Shown here piece after piece: positions 9,187 to 22,467 of a DNA stretch of 64,000 bases. The DNA comes from Thermodesulfobacteriota bacterium (lineage in GTDB: Bacteria > Desulfobacterota_D > UBA1144 > Nemesobacterales > Mycalebacteriaceae). The notes under the pieces were generated by a model that saw only the letters and a program-made list of their open reading frames with translations, was not told where the DNA came from and made no database searches. Where the stretch lies: assembly GCA_965205855.1 (NCBI GenBank), contig OZ242184.1:352001-416000 (forward strand), given 5' to 3'. The stretch's first letter is position 1, and each line of letters starts with the position of its first letter. Position numbers and translations under genes: made by a program.

Positions 9187-9550
9187 GCGAGTCGGTCGGG
9201 CAGTCGCCCGGGTTTTATAAACCCGGGAGGAAAGTCCGGGCTTCTCAGGACAAAGCGCCGGCTAACAGCCGGGTGCCGCGAGGCAACGGAAAGTGCCGCA
9301 GAAAACAGACCGCCGGTCCTTATTGGACGGGTAAGGGTGAAAAGGTGGTGTAAGAGACCACCGCGGAAAACGGTAACGATTTCCGGCATGGTAAACCCCG
9401 CTTGAAGCAAGACAAATATGGAAACACTGCGCGTTTTGCGCGGGAGGTTGTCCGTCTCCATGTTTCCGGGTTGTTGCTACAGGCGACCGGTAACGGGCGT
9501 CGCAGATGAATGGCTGCCCTTGACAGAACCCGGCTTACAGACCGACTCGC
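9187..9550 (+). ncRNA. rnpB: RNase P RNA (type A)
   Basis: Terminal P1 helix GCGAGTCGGTC/GACCGACTCGC; GAGGAAAGTCCGGGC; GGAAAGTGCCGCAGAAAA; GGTAAACCCC; ACAGAACCCGGCTTA. Confidence 0.97.
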
Positions 9551-10380
9551 TATTTAAGAACATCAACAGTGATTTTTTTATCAATAAGCCCTTTTTTAAA
9601 CGCTTTTTCGTAAAGCAATCCGATTGCCGCTTCGCCGTTCTTTCCAATATCGCGCGTGTATTCGTTTACATACATCAAAACAAAGCGCTCGGCTTTCTCG
9701 CGGCTTATACCCCGTGAAAAACTCATCGCGTATTCAAGCGCCTTGTCCTTGTTTGAAAGCGCGTATTCTATGCTTTCGCGGTGCAGCCTGAGCGCTTCCG
9801 AAGCGATTTCTGCGGGCGTGTTCCTTTTTATCACATTCAGTCCGAGCGGAAGCGGAAGGGATGTGTCTTTTTTCCACAAAACCCCGAGGTCAAAAACCAG
9901 ATTCAAGCCTTCGTTTTCGTAGGTAACCTGTCCCTCATGTATGAGAAGTGCGCAGTCGGTTTTGCCGGATTTTACCGCGTCTGTTACCAGATCAAACGGC
10001 ATTTCAACCGGCGTGAATCCTTCCGCGTAGAGGCGCAGGAGAAGATACGCGGTGGTCAGTTCTCCTGGTACCGCAACCGTTTTTCCCTCCACGGAATCAA
10101 AATTGGAGAGAGAAACCACCACCGGGCCGTAGCCAATTCCCATGCTTGCCCCGCATGACATCACGCGGTAACGGTCTTTGACGGTGGGATAGTTGCGTGC
10201 CGATATGGCGGTCATTTCAAGCTCGCCCCGAAGTGCTCTTTCGTTTAAAGACTGTATATCTTCAACCACATGAACGATTTCCAGAAGCGGTGAGGAAACT
10301 GCCCCGCATGACATCGCGTAAAACATAAAAGCGTCATCGGCGTCCGGGCTGTGTCCGAGTTTCATGGAAATTTTTTTCAT
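9550..10380 (-). CDS. mqnD: 1,4-dihydroxy-6-naphthoate synthase (futalosine pathway)
   Basis: GHSPDADDAFMFYA, GASMGIGYGP, LLIHEGQ and LPLPLG motifs; adjacent to mqnA. Confidence 0.9.
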   Translation of the reverse strand: MKKISMKLGHSPDADDAFMFYAMSCGAVSSPLLEIVHVVEDIQSLNERALRGELEMTAISARNYPTVKDRYRVMSCGASMGIGYGPVVVSLSNFDSVEGKTVAVPGELTTAYLLLRLYAEGFTPVEMPFDLVTDAVKSGKTDCALLIHEGQVTYENEGLNLVFDLGVLWKKDTSLPLPLGLNVIKRNTPAEIASEALRLHRESIEYALSNKDKALEYAMSFSRGISREKAERFVLMYVNEYTRDIGKNGEAAIGLLYEKAFKKGLIDKKITVDVLK

Positions 10381-10417
10381 AATTGTGTTTCCGTCTCCTC
10401 GCGGGTTTACCCTGTGA

Positions 10418-11251
10418 TTAGGGGTAGAAGTTAACCTTGATTTCGCCCGCGGTTTGTCGTTTCGGGTTTTGTTCGCGTTCTCCGAGTTTAGAGATGAGCA
10501 GTCCGAACTTCAACAGACCCTCAATTTCCTCCGGGCCCAGATTGTATCTTATTTTGTTTTCAAGGTAGTCGCGGCAGATTTTTTCGCTGAGTTTCGGAGA
10601 CGGGCGCTGTGTTTGTGCTATCTCCGGAAGCATTTTCATTCCTCTGTTTTTTGAAGAAATAAGCGCTTGCACGGCGCGGGCGGGGTTGAAGCCAGGGCGT
10701 GCCGCGAAGACTGCGTAAACAAAGGGCAGTCCTGTAATTTCAGTCCAAATCTCGCCTAGGTCAAAACATAAGGGAAACCCTTCGGGCGGAGACGTAGAAA
10801 GCTCAAGCCCGGCGTTCCCTATGACGAGACCCGCGTCAACTTCCGTAAAAAACCGACCGCCGTATTCGCGTTTTTTATAAGCGGGCTTTACGCCGTTGAA
10901 TAACTCAAGTATTACCCTGAGCATCATCGCCGAACTGCTGGAGCCGGAGTCCACGGCGACAGTTTTGATTTCCTCAAGCGGTTTTGTGGAAAAAACGACC
11001 ACACTGCTCACTTTTCCGAAAGACGATATGCAGACATCTCTAAAAACCCTGAAACCGGGGTGGCTGAAGATGTCTGCCGCAGGCAGAAGAGATATGTCAA
11101 CTTCGCCGTTCAGCATGATTTCGCAAAGACCCGAAGGGGGATGCTCGGACACCTCAAATCCTTGCGTTATGATTTCCGACCCAAGGTCGTGAACAAGCGG
11201 TTTTGTGTTCAGAAAAGGCGGAACACCAATTTTAATTTTATCTGCTGGCAA
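10418..11251 (-). CDS. mqnA: Chorismate dehydratase (futalosine pathway)
   Basis: FLNTKPL, GKVSSV and DLGEIWTEITGLPFVYAVF motifs. Confidence 0.88.
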   Translation of the reverse strand: MPADKIKIGVPPFLNTKPLVHDLGSEIITQGFEVSEHPPSGLCEIMLNGEVDISLLPAADIFSHPGFRVFRDVCISSFGKVSSVVVFSTKPLEEIKTVAVDSGSSSSAMMLRVILELFNGVKPAYKKREYGGRFFTEVDAGLVIGNAGLELSTSPPEGFPLCFDLGEIWTEITGLPFVYAVFAARPGFNPARAVQALISSKNRGMKMLPEIAQTQRPSPKLSEKICRDYLENKIRYNLGPEEIEGLLKFGLLISKLGEREQNPKRQTAGEIKVNFYP

Positions 11252-11268
11252 ATCCGGTCTCTCACTCG

Positions 11269-12348
11269 CTAAGCGCGCGCATCATGGCTGCCATCAGAGC
11301 TTCGCCATTCCGAAGGGATAAATATCTTTTTGAAAACCGAAACCGCATATGAATCTGTCATTCCCGCAATAAAATCGCAAACCGCTCTCTCATGAGTGTC
11401 TTCGGGATGCAGGGGTTTGATTCCCCATTTCTCTTCAGCCTCGCGGGCGTTTTCACAGAAATGTATGTAAAGAGATTTGACAATCTGCCCGCCTTTTTCC
11501 GCTTCCGTTTTGACCTTTTCCATCAAATAAACCCTGTTGAACATATATTCCCTGATTCCAACCATGGCCTCTTCAAATTCGGGGCTGATTGATATTTTTT
11601 TGTATTTTTCAAGCATACTCTGTGAGACAATGTCTCTTACGGTTCTGTCCAGCCTTTTTGAACAGTCTTTGCCGAGAACCCTGACGCATTCCTTCGGTAG
11701 GTCATCTTCCGATATGATTCCCGACCTTACCGCATCGTCTATATCGTGATTCGCGTAGGCAAGCATGTCCGACACTCTTACCACTTGACCCTCAAGGGTT
11801 TCGGGCGCGTTTTTCCCGCCATCTATGGGACCGCGTCCCTTTGAGTGTTTCGCTATTCCATCCAGCACTTCATGGGTCAGATTCAACCCCTTTCCCCGGT
11901 TTTCAAGGGAAACTGCAACCCGCACACTGTGCTTCACGTGTGAAAAACCTTCTGGAAAAACATCGTTCAACGCTCTTTCCCCCGTGTGCCCGAAAGGCGT
12001 ATGCCCTATGTCGTGTCCCATCGCTATGGCTTCGGTCAGGTCTTCATTCAGGGAAAGTGCCCTCGCTATCGTGCGCGCGATTTGGGAAACCTCAAGTACG
12101 TGAGTCAGGCGGGTTCTGTAATGGTCATTAGTTGGAGAGAGAAACACTTGCGTTTTATGCTTCATTCGCCGGAAGGTTTTGGAATGGATAATGCGGTCTC
12201 TGTCGCGCTGGAAGGGTGTTCTCATAAAGCACTCATCTTCGGGTCTGGCTCTTCCTTTTGATTCTGAACTCAGAGTCGCAAAAGGGGAGAGCAAGATGCT
12301 CTCTTTTTCCTGAAACTTTTCCCGGATGGATTTTCCTTTCTTATTCAT
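11269..12348 (-). CDS. dgt: Deoxyguanosinetriphosphate triphosphohydrolase (HD domain)
   Basis: [36 protein letters not shown] and DFIAGMTD motifs. Confidence 0.94.
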   Translation of the reverse strand: MNKKGKSIREKFQEKESILLSPFATLSSESKGRARPEDECFMRTPFQRDRDRIIHSKTFRRMKHKTQVFLSPTNDHYRTRLTHVLEVSQIARTIARALSLNEDLTEAIAMGHDIGHTPFGHTGERALNDVFPEGFSHVKHSVRVAVSLENRGKGLNLTHEVLDGIAKHSKGRGPIDGGKNAPETLEGQVVRVSDMLAYANHDIDDAVRSGIISEDDLPKECVRVLGKDCSKRLDRTVRDIVSQSMLEKYKKISISPEFEEAMVGIREYMFNRVYLMEKVKTEAEKGGQIVKSLYIHFCENAREAEEKWGIKPLHPEDTHERAVCDFIAGMTDSYAVSVFKKIFIPSEWRSSDGSHDARA

Positions 12349-13106
12349 ATCCTTACGGAAACCCCCCTTGAGGCGAGATAATGCTTTGTTTCCATTATGC
12401 GGCAGTCTCCGTAGTGAAAAATTGAGGCGGCAAGCAGGGCGTCCGCTCCTCCGGCGGTGGCTCCCTCAAAGAAATGTTCCTGCAACCCAACCCCTCCGGA
12501 TGCGATAACGGGGATTTTTACCCTTTCGCAAACCGCTTTTACAAGAGGTATGTCATAGCCCGCACGCGTACCGTCCCTATCCATACTTGTAAGCAAAATT
12601 TCCCCGCAGCCCGCCTTCTCCATCTTTTCCGCCCATTTTACTGCGTCAATATCCGTGGGCTTTCTTCCGCCGTGCGTATGGACTTCCCATAAACCATCTT
12701 TGCCCGTGGAGCGTGCGTCAACTGCGACCACAATGCACTGACTTCCAAATTTCTTCGCGCCGTCGCGCACAATGGCCGGGTCCGCGACCGCAGCGGTGTT
12801 TATCACAACTTTGTCTGCTCCGGCGAGAAGTATGGCGCGGACATCCTCAAGCGTTGATATTCCCCCTCCTACCGAGAGTGGAACAAACACATTCTCGGCG
12901 GTTTTTTCAACCACATCGATGATTGTTTTTCTGCCCTCATGCGATGCGGTTATGTCAAGAAAAGCTATCTCGTCCGCCCCTTCTTCCGAATAGCGCGCCG
13001 CACATTCAGCCGGGTCTCCGGCGTCTTTCAACTCCACAAATTTGACGCCCTTTACAACTCTGCCATCCTTGACATCAAGACACGGAATAATGCGCTTTGA
13101 GAGCAA
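12345..13106 (-). CDS. hisF: Imidazole glycerol phosphate synthase cyclase subunit
   Basis: [16 protein letters not shown] and [10 protein letters not shown] motifs. Confidence 0.98.
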   Translation of the reverse strand: MLSKRIIPCLDVKDGRVVKGVKFVELKDAGDPAECAARYSEEGADEIAFLDITASHEGRKTIIDVVEKTAENVFVPLSVGGGISTLEDVRAILLAGADKVVINTAAVADPAIVRDGAKKFGSQCIVVAVDARSTGKDGLWEVHTHGGRKPTDIDAVKWAEKMEKAGCGEILLTSMDRDGTRAGYDIPLVKAVCERVKIPVIASGGVGLQEHFFEGATAGGADALLAASIFHYGDCRIMETKHYLASRGVSVRI

Positions 13107-13108
13107 TG

Positions 13109-13831
13109 TCAGGAAAACCTCCGAATGGCGCGCTCAAGTTTGATTCCGCCCGAATAGATAGCTCTTCCCACTATCACGCCCCGAAGCCCGGCGCTCTCAA
13201 AAGGTAGGATTTTCTCTATGTCTTCCTCGCACGAAACTCCCCCGGAAGTTAAGACCGGAATCTTACATATGCCGAGAAAATCCTCCAGACGCGACAAATC
13301 AACCCCGCTCATTGTTCCGTCCCTATCAATATCGGTTCTGATTATGAGACTGATTCCCGAGTCCTCAAGCATTGAGATTGCCTGTACCACAGAAACCCCT
13401 GAATTCTCCGTCCACCCTTTGACCGCAACCGAGTTTCCCCGAGTATCAAGCCCGACCGCTATTCTACCAGGAAAATCCTCGCACGCCCTTTTTAAAAAGC
13501 CGTTTTCTTCAAGCGCCGCGGTGCCGATTATCACCGTTCGCACTCCGCTCGAAAGGTATATCCTCACAGCTTCAATATCTCTGATTCCTCCCCCCACCTG
13601 CACCGGGCATGACACGGACTCCGCGATGGAAGTTATCAAATCGGTATTTTCTGGCTCTCCGTTAAACGCGCCGTCCAAATCAACAAGGTGTATGAGTTCC
13701 GCCCCGCATCTTTCCCATTCCCGCGCTACTGCGACCGGGTCGTCCGAGAAAACGGTTTCGGTTCCTTTCTCTCCTCTTACAAGCCGGACGCATTTCCCTT
13801 CCCTGATATCTATGGCGGGTATTACTATCAT
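13109..13831 (-). CDS. hisA: ProFAR isomerase
   Basis: [30 protein letters not shown] and TDIDRDG motifs. Confidence 0.97.
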   Translation of the reverse strand: MIVIPAIDIREGKCVRLVRGEKGTETVFSDDPVAVAREWERCGAELIHLVDLDGAFNGEPENTDLITSIAESVSCPVQVGGGIRDIEAVRIYLSSGVRTVIIGTAALEENGFLKRACEDFPGRIAVGLDTRGNSVAVKGWTENSGVSVVQAISMLEDSGISLIIRTDIDRDGTMSGVDLSRLEDFLGICKIPVLTSGGVSCEEDIEKILPFESAGLRGVIVGRAIYSGGIKLERAIRRFS

Positions 13832-13915
13832 TGCAACCGTCTAATATACATACAACCGCCTGCGCGCGATTTATGGGATTTTTAACCTCTCTCGACAGCG
13901 TATATAATCTAACCG

Positions 13916-14332
13916 ATGAATTACTGGCTCGTTAAGTCCGAACCGTTCAAATATTCATGGAAAGATTTTGTTCGCGACGGTCGCACATACTGGGACGGAG
14001 TCCGCAACTATCAGGCACGCAACAACCTTTCGGCGATGAAAAACGGCGATTTGGCTCTTTTCTACCACAGCAATGAGGGGCGTGAAGTTGTCGGAGTGGC
14101 AAAGGTGGTCAAGGAGAGCTACCGAGACCCCACAACCGATGATGAGCGATGGGTTGCCGTTGATTTTGAGCCAGACTCGGTTTTTGAGCACCCGGTCGGG
14201 CTTGGTGATATTAAAACCGACCCGGTTTTGAAAGAAATGAGCATTGTAAAACAGAGTCGGCTTTCGGTGATGCCGGTTTCAAAAAAACATTTTCATGTTG
14301 TTCTTAGAAAAGGGAAAAACAGACCTCTGTGA
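13916..14332 (+). CDS. EVE domain-containing protein
   Basis: MNYWLVKSEP, WDGVRNYQARN, FYHS and SRLSV motifs. Confidence 0.95.
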   Translation: MNYWLVKSEPFKYSWKDFVRDGRTYWDGVRNYQARNNLSAMKNGDLALFYHSNEGREVVGVAKVVKESYRDPTTDDERWVAVDFEPDSVFEHPVGLGDIKTDPVLKEMSIVKQSRLSVMPVSKKHFHVVLRKGKNRPL

Positions 14333-15309
14333 TGGCCCTTTCAACCAATCCCGAAGAGCTTGTAAGCGAGATGTTACGCGGCAACAGAGGAGCGCTTGCG
14401 CGTCTTATAAGTCTCGCCGAAGGGGGAAAGATAAACACGGTTGAGGTTCTCGCCCGCGCGGGAGCCGAAGAAGGAGTCCCCGCGGTTATCGGAATAACCG
14501 GGCCTCCCGGAGCCGGTAAAAGCACACTTATGGATAAACTTGTGGGGAATTTCCGCACTTCGGGGCGCAAAGTCGGAGTCATAGCCGTGGACCCCTCAAG
14601 CCCTTTCACGGGCGGGGCGTTGCTTGGAGACCGCGTGCGCATGGGGAACCACTCCGGAGACGAGGGGGTTTTTATCAGAAGCCTCGGTTCGCGCGGTTCC
14701 CTCGGAGGGCTTTCCCGCGCGACTTCGGATATCATCAAACTTATGGGAGCTTTCGGGGCGGACTATATGCTGGTTGAAACGGTGGGCGTCGGTCAGAGCG
14801 AACTTGATATTGTGGGAGTGGCGGACACGGTGGTTGTCGTTCTGGTTCCCGAATCCGGAGACTCAATACAGACCATGAAAGCGGGAATAATGGAAATCGG
14901 CGATGTGTTTGTTGTGAACAAATCGGACAGAAAAAACGCCGAAGCGCTGGCGGCGGAAATACGCGGCACGATTTCTATAAGAGCCGCGAGGGGAGCCGGT
15001 TGGCACGCACCGGTTCTTTTGACACAGGCCGTTGGGGGACAAGGTGTCGGCGAACTTGCCTTGGAGATTGAAAATCACGGGAAGTTTCTTGAGCAAAGCG
15101 GACTCCTGAGAGAAAAAAGGCGAAAAAGAATTAAAAAAGACCTTATGGAGGAAGTGAGCGGAATTCTCGCCTCCTTTGCGTTGGAGGTCGTGGCGGACGA
15201 CAGAGACGGAGCGGAAATCGTGGTGGAGGTTCTCGACGGCAGTATTTCGGTGCATGACGGAGCGAAAAAGATAGCCGCGATTGTCGCAAACAGAGGCGCA
15301 AAGGCATGA
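14329..15309 (+). CDS. meaB: Methylmalonyl-CoA mutase-associated GTPase (MeaB/ArgK)
   Basis: GITGPPGAGKST, AVDPSSPFTGGALLGDRVRM, ETVGVGQSE and NKSD motifs. Confidence 0.95.
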   Translation: MMALSTNPEELVSEMLRGNRGALARLISLAEGGKINTVEVLARAGAEEGVPAVIGITGPPGAGKSTLMDKLVGNFRTSGRKVGVIAVDPSSPFTGGALLGDRVRMGNHSGDEGVFIRSLGSRGSLGGLSRATSDIIKLMGAFGADYMLVETVGVGQSELDIVGVADTVVVVLVPESGDSIQTMKAGIMEIGDVFVVNKSDRKNAEALAAEIRGTISIRAARGAGWHAPVLLTQAVGGQGVGELALEIENHGKFLEQSGLLREKRRKRIKKDLMEEVSGILASFALEVVADDRDGAEIVVEVLDGSISVHDGAKKIAAIVANRGAKA

Positions 15310-16733
15310 AAAAGCAGATACTGATAAGCCGCACGCTCGGAGAGATACGCATAGCGGTAATAGAAGACGGTGTTCTTGCCGAGTTTCAAGTGGGACGGGA
15401 CACGAGTTCGCGCATATCGGGGAATATTTACAAGGCGAAGGTTCTGAATGTCATTCACGGAATAAGGGCGGTTTTTGTTGACATAGGAATGGGAAAAGCG
15501 GGCATTGTCTCATGGAAGGACATAATACGCACCGAGAATACGGTCGCGTCCGCAAGTCCGGTTACCGAAGGCGAAGACATCATAGTGCAAGCAGTCAAGG
15601 AGCCGGTTGCCAACAAAGGGCCGAGAATGAAGGCGCGCGCTACGCTTGTCGGCAAGTATGTGATTCTTTCAACGGGCTCCGATAAAACCCGCATCTCAAG
15701 AAAAATCGGCAGCGGAGCTGGCAGACAACGGTTCGGCAAGGCGCTTGAGGAGTTGCGTCCACGCGACATGGGTCTGATAGCGCGCACCGCGGCGGTTGAA
15801 ACGGATATTCATCTCATTGAAAAAGAGGTGAAAAAACTACAAGGACTCTGGGCAAACATAACGCAGCTTTCCCGCATAATGCCGTCTCCATCGCTTCTTT
15901 ACGAGGAGCCGCCGACATACCTCGGCATGATACGGGACTTTGCCTCGCCGGAGGATGAGATAATCGTAGACGACTGGGATGTTCTGCTTGAGATAAACCG
16001 ATATGTTGAAGAGAACTTTCCCGGCGAGTGCATATCCATCGGATATCACTATCCGGATTCCCCGCTTTTCAAGGATTTTGGAGTGGAGGAAGAGACGGAA
16101 GGCATATACAGAAGAAACATCAACCTGAAATCTGGCGGCGACATGATTATAGAGGAGGCGGAAGGTCTTACGGTAATAGATGTGAACACGGGGTCTGCGA
16201 CGGACGGAGGCGGAAAAACTTTGTTCAGAACAAACACCGAAGCCGCCGCGGAAGCTGCCCGTCAGATAAGGCTGAGAAATCTGGTCGGAATCATAGTCAT
16301 AGACTTCATAGATATGCAACCAAATGATATGAAGAAAATTTGCAAAACCTTTGAGGACGAAATGAGAAAAGACAGGACAAGCCATACAATTTCCGAAATT
16401 TCGGAGTTCTGCGTTCTTCATCTCACGCGCAAGAGGTCAAGGGAAAGTGTTGCAAAAACCCTTTCCTCAGATTGCGAAACCTGCCGTGGAACGGGTCTTG
16501 TGAAGTCAAGGGAAACGATTAGTTACGAAGTCATAAGAGAAATAAAACAGCACTGCGTTGTCGCACAGGGCGGCGGAATCAGGGTTCGTGCCCATAAGGA
16601 CATATTTGACACCATTGAGAGTATTGAGCCGGGGTTGTTTCAGGAATTTGAGCAAAAAGGTGTTAAAATCCTACACGAGGAGACCGATGTCGCCTCGGAC
16701 GAATTTACGGTAAAAGGAGAATGGAAAACTTGA
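15306..16733 (+). CDS. rng: Ribonuclease E/G family (RNase G-sized)
   Basis: GNIYKAKV S1 domain, IDVNTG, RQIRLRNLVGIIVIDFIDM and CETCRGTG. Confidence 0.9.
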   Translation: MKKQILISRTLGEIRIAVIEDGVLAEFQVGRDTSSRISGNIYKAKVLNVIHGIRAVFVDIGMGKAGIVSWKDIIRTENTVASASPVTEGEDIIVQAVKEPVANKGPRMKARATLVGKYVILSTGSDKTRISRKIGSGAGRQRFGKALEELRPRDMGLIARTAAVETDIHLIEKEVKKLQGLWANITQLSRIMPSPSLLYEEPPTYLGMIRDFASPEDEIIVDDWDVLLEINRYVEENFPGECISIGYHYPDSPLFKDFGVEEETEGIYRRNINLKSGGDMIIEEAEGLTVIDVNTGSATDGGGKTLFRTNTEAAAEAARQIRLRNLVGIIVIDFIDMQPNDMKKICKTFEDEMRKDRTSHTISEISEFCVLHLTRKRSRESVAKTLSSDCETCRGTGLVKSRETISYEVIREIKQHCVVAQGGGIRVRAHKDIFDTIESIEPGLFQEFEQKGVKILHEETDVASDEFTVKGEWKT

Positions 16734-17146
16734 CTCAGAAAAGATTGGAAAAGGGAATGCTTCTTGAGAAGAATTTTGAAACTGATGTTTCAATGGCGGC
16801 GGATAGGTTTCATGAAAAATCTCCGAAAGTTTTGTCAACGGCGTCCCTCATAGGGATTATGCAAACTTCATGTGCGGAGATGATGGCTCCGTTTTTGAAT
16901 GATGATGAGATGGTTGTCAGTATAAAAATTGAAATGAGCCATTTTGGAGCCGTTCCGGTCGGAACGACCGTGAAATTAAAAACCGGGATTGCTGAAATTG
17001 TCGAGCGTCAGGTGATTTTCAACATTGAAGTTTCGGATGGACGGCAGACAATCGCGTCCGGAAAGAACAACATGTTTGTAATTGACAGAGCGAGATTTGA
17101 AAGCGGGATAGAAAGATACAAAGCCAAAATGGGAAAAGTTCAATGA
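16721..17146 (+). CDS. Hotdog-fold thioesterase (FlK-like)
   Basis: VLSTASLIGIM and MSHFGAVPVG motifs; 141 aa. Confidence 0.75.
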   Translation: MENLTQKRLEKGMLLEKNFETDVSMAADRFHEKSPKVLSTASLIGIMQTSCAEMMAPFLNDDEMVVSIKIEMSHFGAVPVGTTVKLKTGIAEIVERQVIFNIEVSDGRQTIASGKNNMFVIDRARFESGIERYKAKMGKVQ

Positions 17147-17568
17147 AGGCGAATGAAAACGGAAGTCTTTACCACATAGCAATCGCAGTAAAAGATCTTG
17201 CGCAATCTGAAAAACTTTATGAAACGGTTATGGGTCTGAAGGTAACTCATAGGGAAGAGGTTGCCTCGCAGGGAGTCAAGGCATCAATGCTTCAGCCTAG
17301 CAGCGGAGAGGGAACGGCGATTGAGCTGCTTGAGCCTACGGACAAGGATTCGCCGGTATGGAAGTTTCTTGAAAAGAGAGGAGAGGGGATACACCACATC
17401 TGTTTTTTTGTTGATGACATAGAGAAATCCCTCAAGGAATTAAAAGAGCGCGGAGTTCGGTTGATAGATGAGACGCCTAGAGAGGGCGCTTACAATTCAA
17501 AGGTGGCTTTTATTCATCCCAAAGCCGTAAACGGTGTTTTAATAGAACTCGCCGAAATGCCGGCGTAG
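17143..17568 (+). CDS. mce: Methylmalonyl-CoA epimerase
   Basis: HIAIAVKDL, IELLEP, EGIHHICF and AFIHPK..GVLIEL motifs. Confidence 0.94.
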   Translation: MKANENGSLYHIAIAVKDLAQSEKLYETVMGLKVTHREEVASQGVKASMLQPSSGEGTAIELLEPTDKDSPVWKFLEKRGEGIHHICFFVDDIEKSLKELKERGVRLIDETPREGAYNSKVAFIHPKAVNGVLIELAEMPA

Positions 17569-17573
17569 CGGGT

Positions 17574-17783
17574 TTAACCTTTCGGGGAGCGGAATTCGGA
17601 GTTGTCTGTTTTGTTACTTTCGTCTTCGCCGTTCGGGGGAGTTTCTTCCCCGTCAATCGACCTGCGAAAACTTCTTATTCCTTTTCCAAGCGAAGAGCCG
17701 ATTGCTCCAAGCCTGCTCGGTCCGAAAACCAGCAGAACAATTACAAGAACAATTATAAGTTCGGTTATTCCTACTGAACCCAT
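17574..17783 (-). CDS. tatA: Twin-arginine translocase TatA/TatE subunit
   Basis: ELIIVLVIVLLVFGPSRL..IGSSLGKGIRSFRR. Confidence 0.93.
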   Translation of the reverse strand: MGSVGITELIIVLVIVLLVFGPSRLGAIGSSLGKGIRSFRRSIDGEETPPNGEDESNKTDNSEFRSPKG

Positions 17784-17850
17784 AGGCTTATGTTACTGAA
17801 TGAAAACGGGGATTGCAATTGACGTATGTTTTCTCCGCACTGCGGAATTA

Positions 17851-18786
17851 TTAGGATTGCTCTTCAAGAAATTTTTCCGCGTCAATGGCGGCGGCGCAAC
17901 CGCTTCCTGCGGCGGTGATTGCTTGTCTGTAACGTCTGTCTTGAACATCTCCCGCAGCAAAAACACCCGCAATGTTCATCTCGCTTGTGTCGGGTTTTGT
18001 GATGAGATAACCGTTCTCATCCATATCCAGCAGATCTTTGAAAATTGAAGTGTTAGGAATATGCCCTATCGCAAGAAACATTCCCTCGCACGGTTTTTCG
18101 GAGGTTTCTCCGGTTTTGAGGTTTTTCAGAATAACGCTTTCGACCCCTTTCTCTTCGGAGCCGCACACTTCTTCAATTCCGGAGTCCCAGATAAAATCTA
18201 TCTTTGGATTCTCAAACGCGCGTTCCTGCATTATCTTTGACGCGCGCAGTGTGTCGCGTCTGTGAATGACGCTAACCTTTGACGCGAATCTTGTGAGGAA
18301 ATGCGCTTCCTCAAGAGCGCTGTCTCCTCCACCGATAACGACTATCTCCTTGTCCTTGAAAAAGAACCCGTCGCAAGTCGCGCAGGTGGACACGCCTCTG
18401 CCGAGAAGTTTTTTCTCCGATTCAAGTCCGAGCGTTCTCGCGGACGCTCCGGAGCAGACTATGAGGGTTTCGGCGGTTATTTCTTCGCCGGATGTGGTTG
18501 TGATTTTGAAAGGGCGAGACGAAAGGTCAGCGGATGATATCTCGTCATTGACGCACTGTGCGCCGAAACGCTGTGCCTGTTTTCTCATTGAGTCTATAAG
18601 TTCCGGGCCCTGGACTCCTTCGGGAAAACCGGGGAAGTTCTCAACCTCGGTTGTGAGCGTCAACTGCCCTCCGGCCTCAAAACCTTCAAAAACAAGCGGT
18701 TCAAGGTTTGCCCGTGCCGTGTAGAGTGCGGCGGTCAGCCCTGCAGGGCCCGAACCCATTATTACAACTTTGAGATGCTTGTCCAT
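17851..18786 (-). CDS. trxB: Thioredoxin-disulfide reductase
   Basis: GSGPAGLTAA, CATCDG, GGGDSALEE and RQAITAAGSG motifs. Confidence 0.97.
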   Translation of the reverse strand: MDKHLKVVIMGSGPAGLTAALYTARANLEPLVFEGFEAGGQLTLTTEVENFPGFPEGVQGPELIDSMRKQAQRFGAQCVNDEISSADLSSRPFKITTTSGEEITAETLIVCSGASARTLGLESEKKLLGRGVSTCATCDGFFFKDKEIVVIGGGDSALEEAHFLTRFASKVSVIHRRDTLRASKIMQERAFENPKIDFIWDSGIEEVCGSEEKGVESVILKNLKTGETSEKPCEGMFLAIGHIPNTSIFKDLLDMDENGYLITKPDTSEMNIAGVFAAGDVQDRRYRQAITAAGSGCAAAIDAEKFLEEQS

Positions 18787-18824
18787 AAAACCGGGACTCT
18801 GAAAAACCCGTATATTATATTGCC

Positions 18825-19832
18825 ATGCATGAAAATAACAAAATGCGCCAAAATAAAGCGGAAGATGAAACTGTTTCCGCTCAATACTCTCGCGCGGAAA
18901 AAGACTCCGCCGTTGTTGATATTTCCGGACGAGGCAAGCTTGTTCTCGGCGGAAAAGACCATTTGAAATTTCTTCAGGGTATGCTCACAAACGATGTTCT
19001 GAAACCGCGCGACGGAGAGGGTGCTTACTCCTTTATGCTCAACCAGAAAGGCAGGGTTCTCACAGACATGAGGCTGTTCAGAAAGGAGCGGGAGACGCTT
19101 GTTGACATTGAGGCGCAAGCTGCGGAAAAAACCGCACTGCGCCTGGAAACTTTTAAACTATCCTACAAGGTTGATATCGCAAGGGACGAAAACCGCGCGC
19201 TTTTTCATCTTTTCGGACAGCGCGCGGAAGAAGCCATTGTACGGTTTCTTGATTGCGCCGTGAAGATAAAACAGTTTGACCATTTTGACTCCACAGTCGC
19301 GGGCGCGCGGGTATGGATGGCGCGGGTTGATAGAAGCGGCAAAACCGGATTTGACATTGAAGCCGAGCCCGGCAACTCCGGAAAAATACTTGAATTGTTA
19401 AAAGAAACCGGCGTTTTTCCGGCAAGCCCCGAAGTTCTTGAAATTATGAGAGTGGAAGCCGGAATCCCGCGATACGGAAAAGATATGGACGAATCCGTGA
19501 TAGCGCCGGAAACTGGTCTTTTGCAGGCTGTGTCTTTTGAAAAGGGATGCTATGTGGGTCAGGAAATTGTCGCCAGAGCCCACTGGCGGGGCAGGGTGAA
19601 CAGGCAGCTTTCGGGGTTTTTATTCAGAGGGCAAACTGTGCCGCGCGAAGAAACCGGAATTGTTTCTCTGGGTGGAGACGCCATTGGACGTATAACATCT
19701 TCGGTTTATTCGCCGCGTTTTGGCGTGGCCGCGATGGGATATATAAGGCGCGAATTCAAGAGCGTCGGAACGGAAATTAAAACCGAAACGGGACTCGAGG
19801 GGAAGGTCGCGGATTTTTCTCCGGACGGGTGA
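18825..19832 (+). CDS. ygfZ: YgfZ/GcvT-family folate-binding protein
   Basis: FLQGMLTND and the KGCYVGQEIVAR signature. Confidence 0.88.
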   Translation: MHENNKMRQNKAEDETVSAQYSRAEKDSAVVDISGRGKLVLGGKDHLKFLQGMLTNDVLKPRDGEGAYSFMLNQKGRVLTDMRLFRKERETLVDIEAQAAEKTALRLETFKLSYKVDIARDENRALFHLFGQRAEEAIVRFLDCAVKIKQFDHFDSTVAGARVWMARVDRSGKTGFDIEAEPGNSGKILELLKETGVFPASPEVLEIMRVEAGIPRYGKDMDESVIAPETGLLQAVSFEKGCYVGQEIVARAHWRGRVNRQLSGFLFRGQTVPREETGIVSLGGDAIGRITSSVYSPRFGVAAMGYIRREFKSVGTEIKTETGLEGKVADFSPDG

Positions 19833-19878
19833 AGATTCCTGTGGAAAAAGAGCTGTCTGACCGCTCCACAATCTCTGA

Positions 19879-22464
<2,586 letters not shown>

Positions 22465-22467
22465 GTT

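Noticed and set aside
11269-12348. dGTPase as an anti-phage nucleotide-depletion system
   Set aside because: It is the short housekeeping type, coupled to hisF and mqnA, with no defence context.
5546-17146. Fluorometabolite pathway from the halogenase-family gene plus the FlK-like thioesterase
   Set aside because: The genes are about 10 kb apart in unrelated operons, both families are widespread, and no other pathway genes are present.
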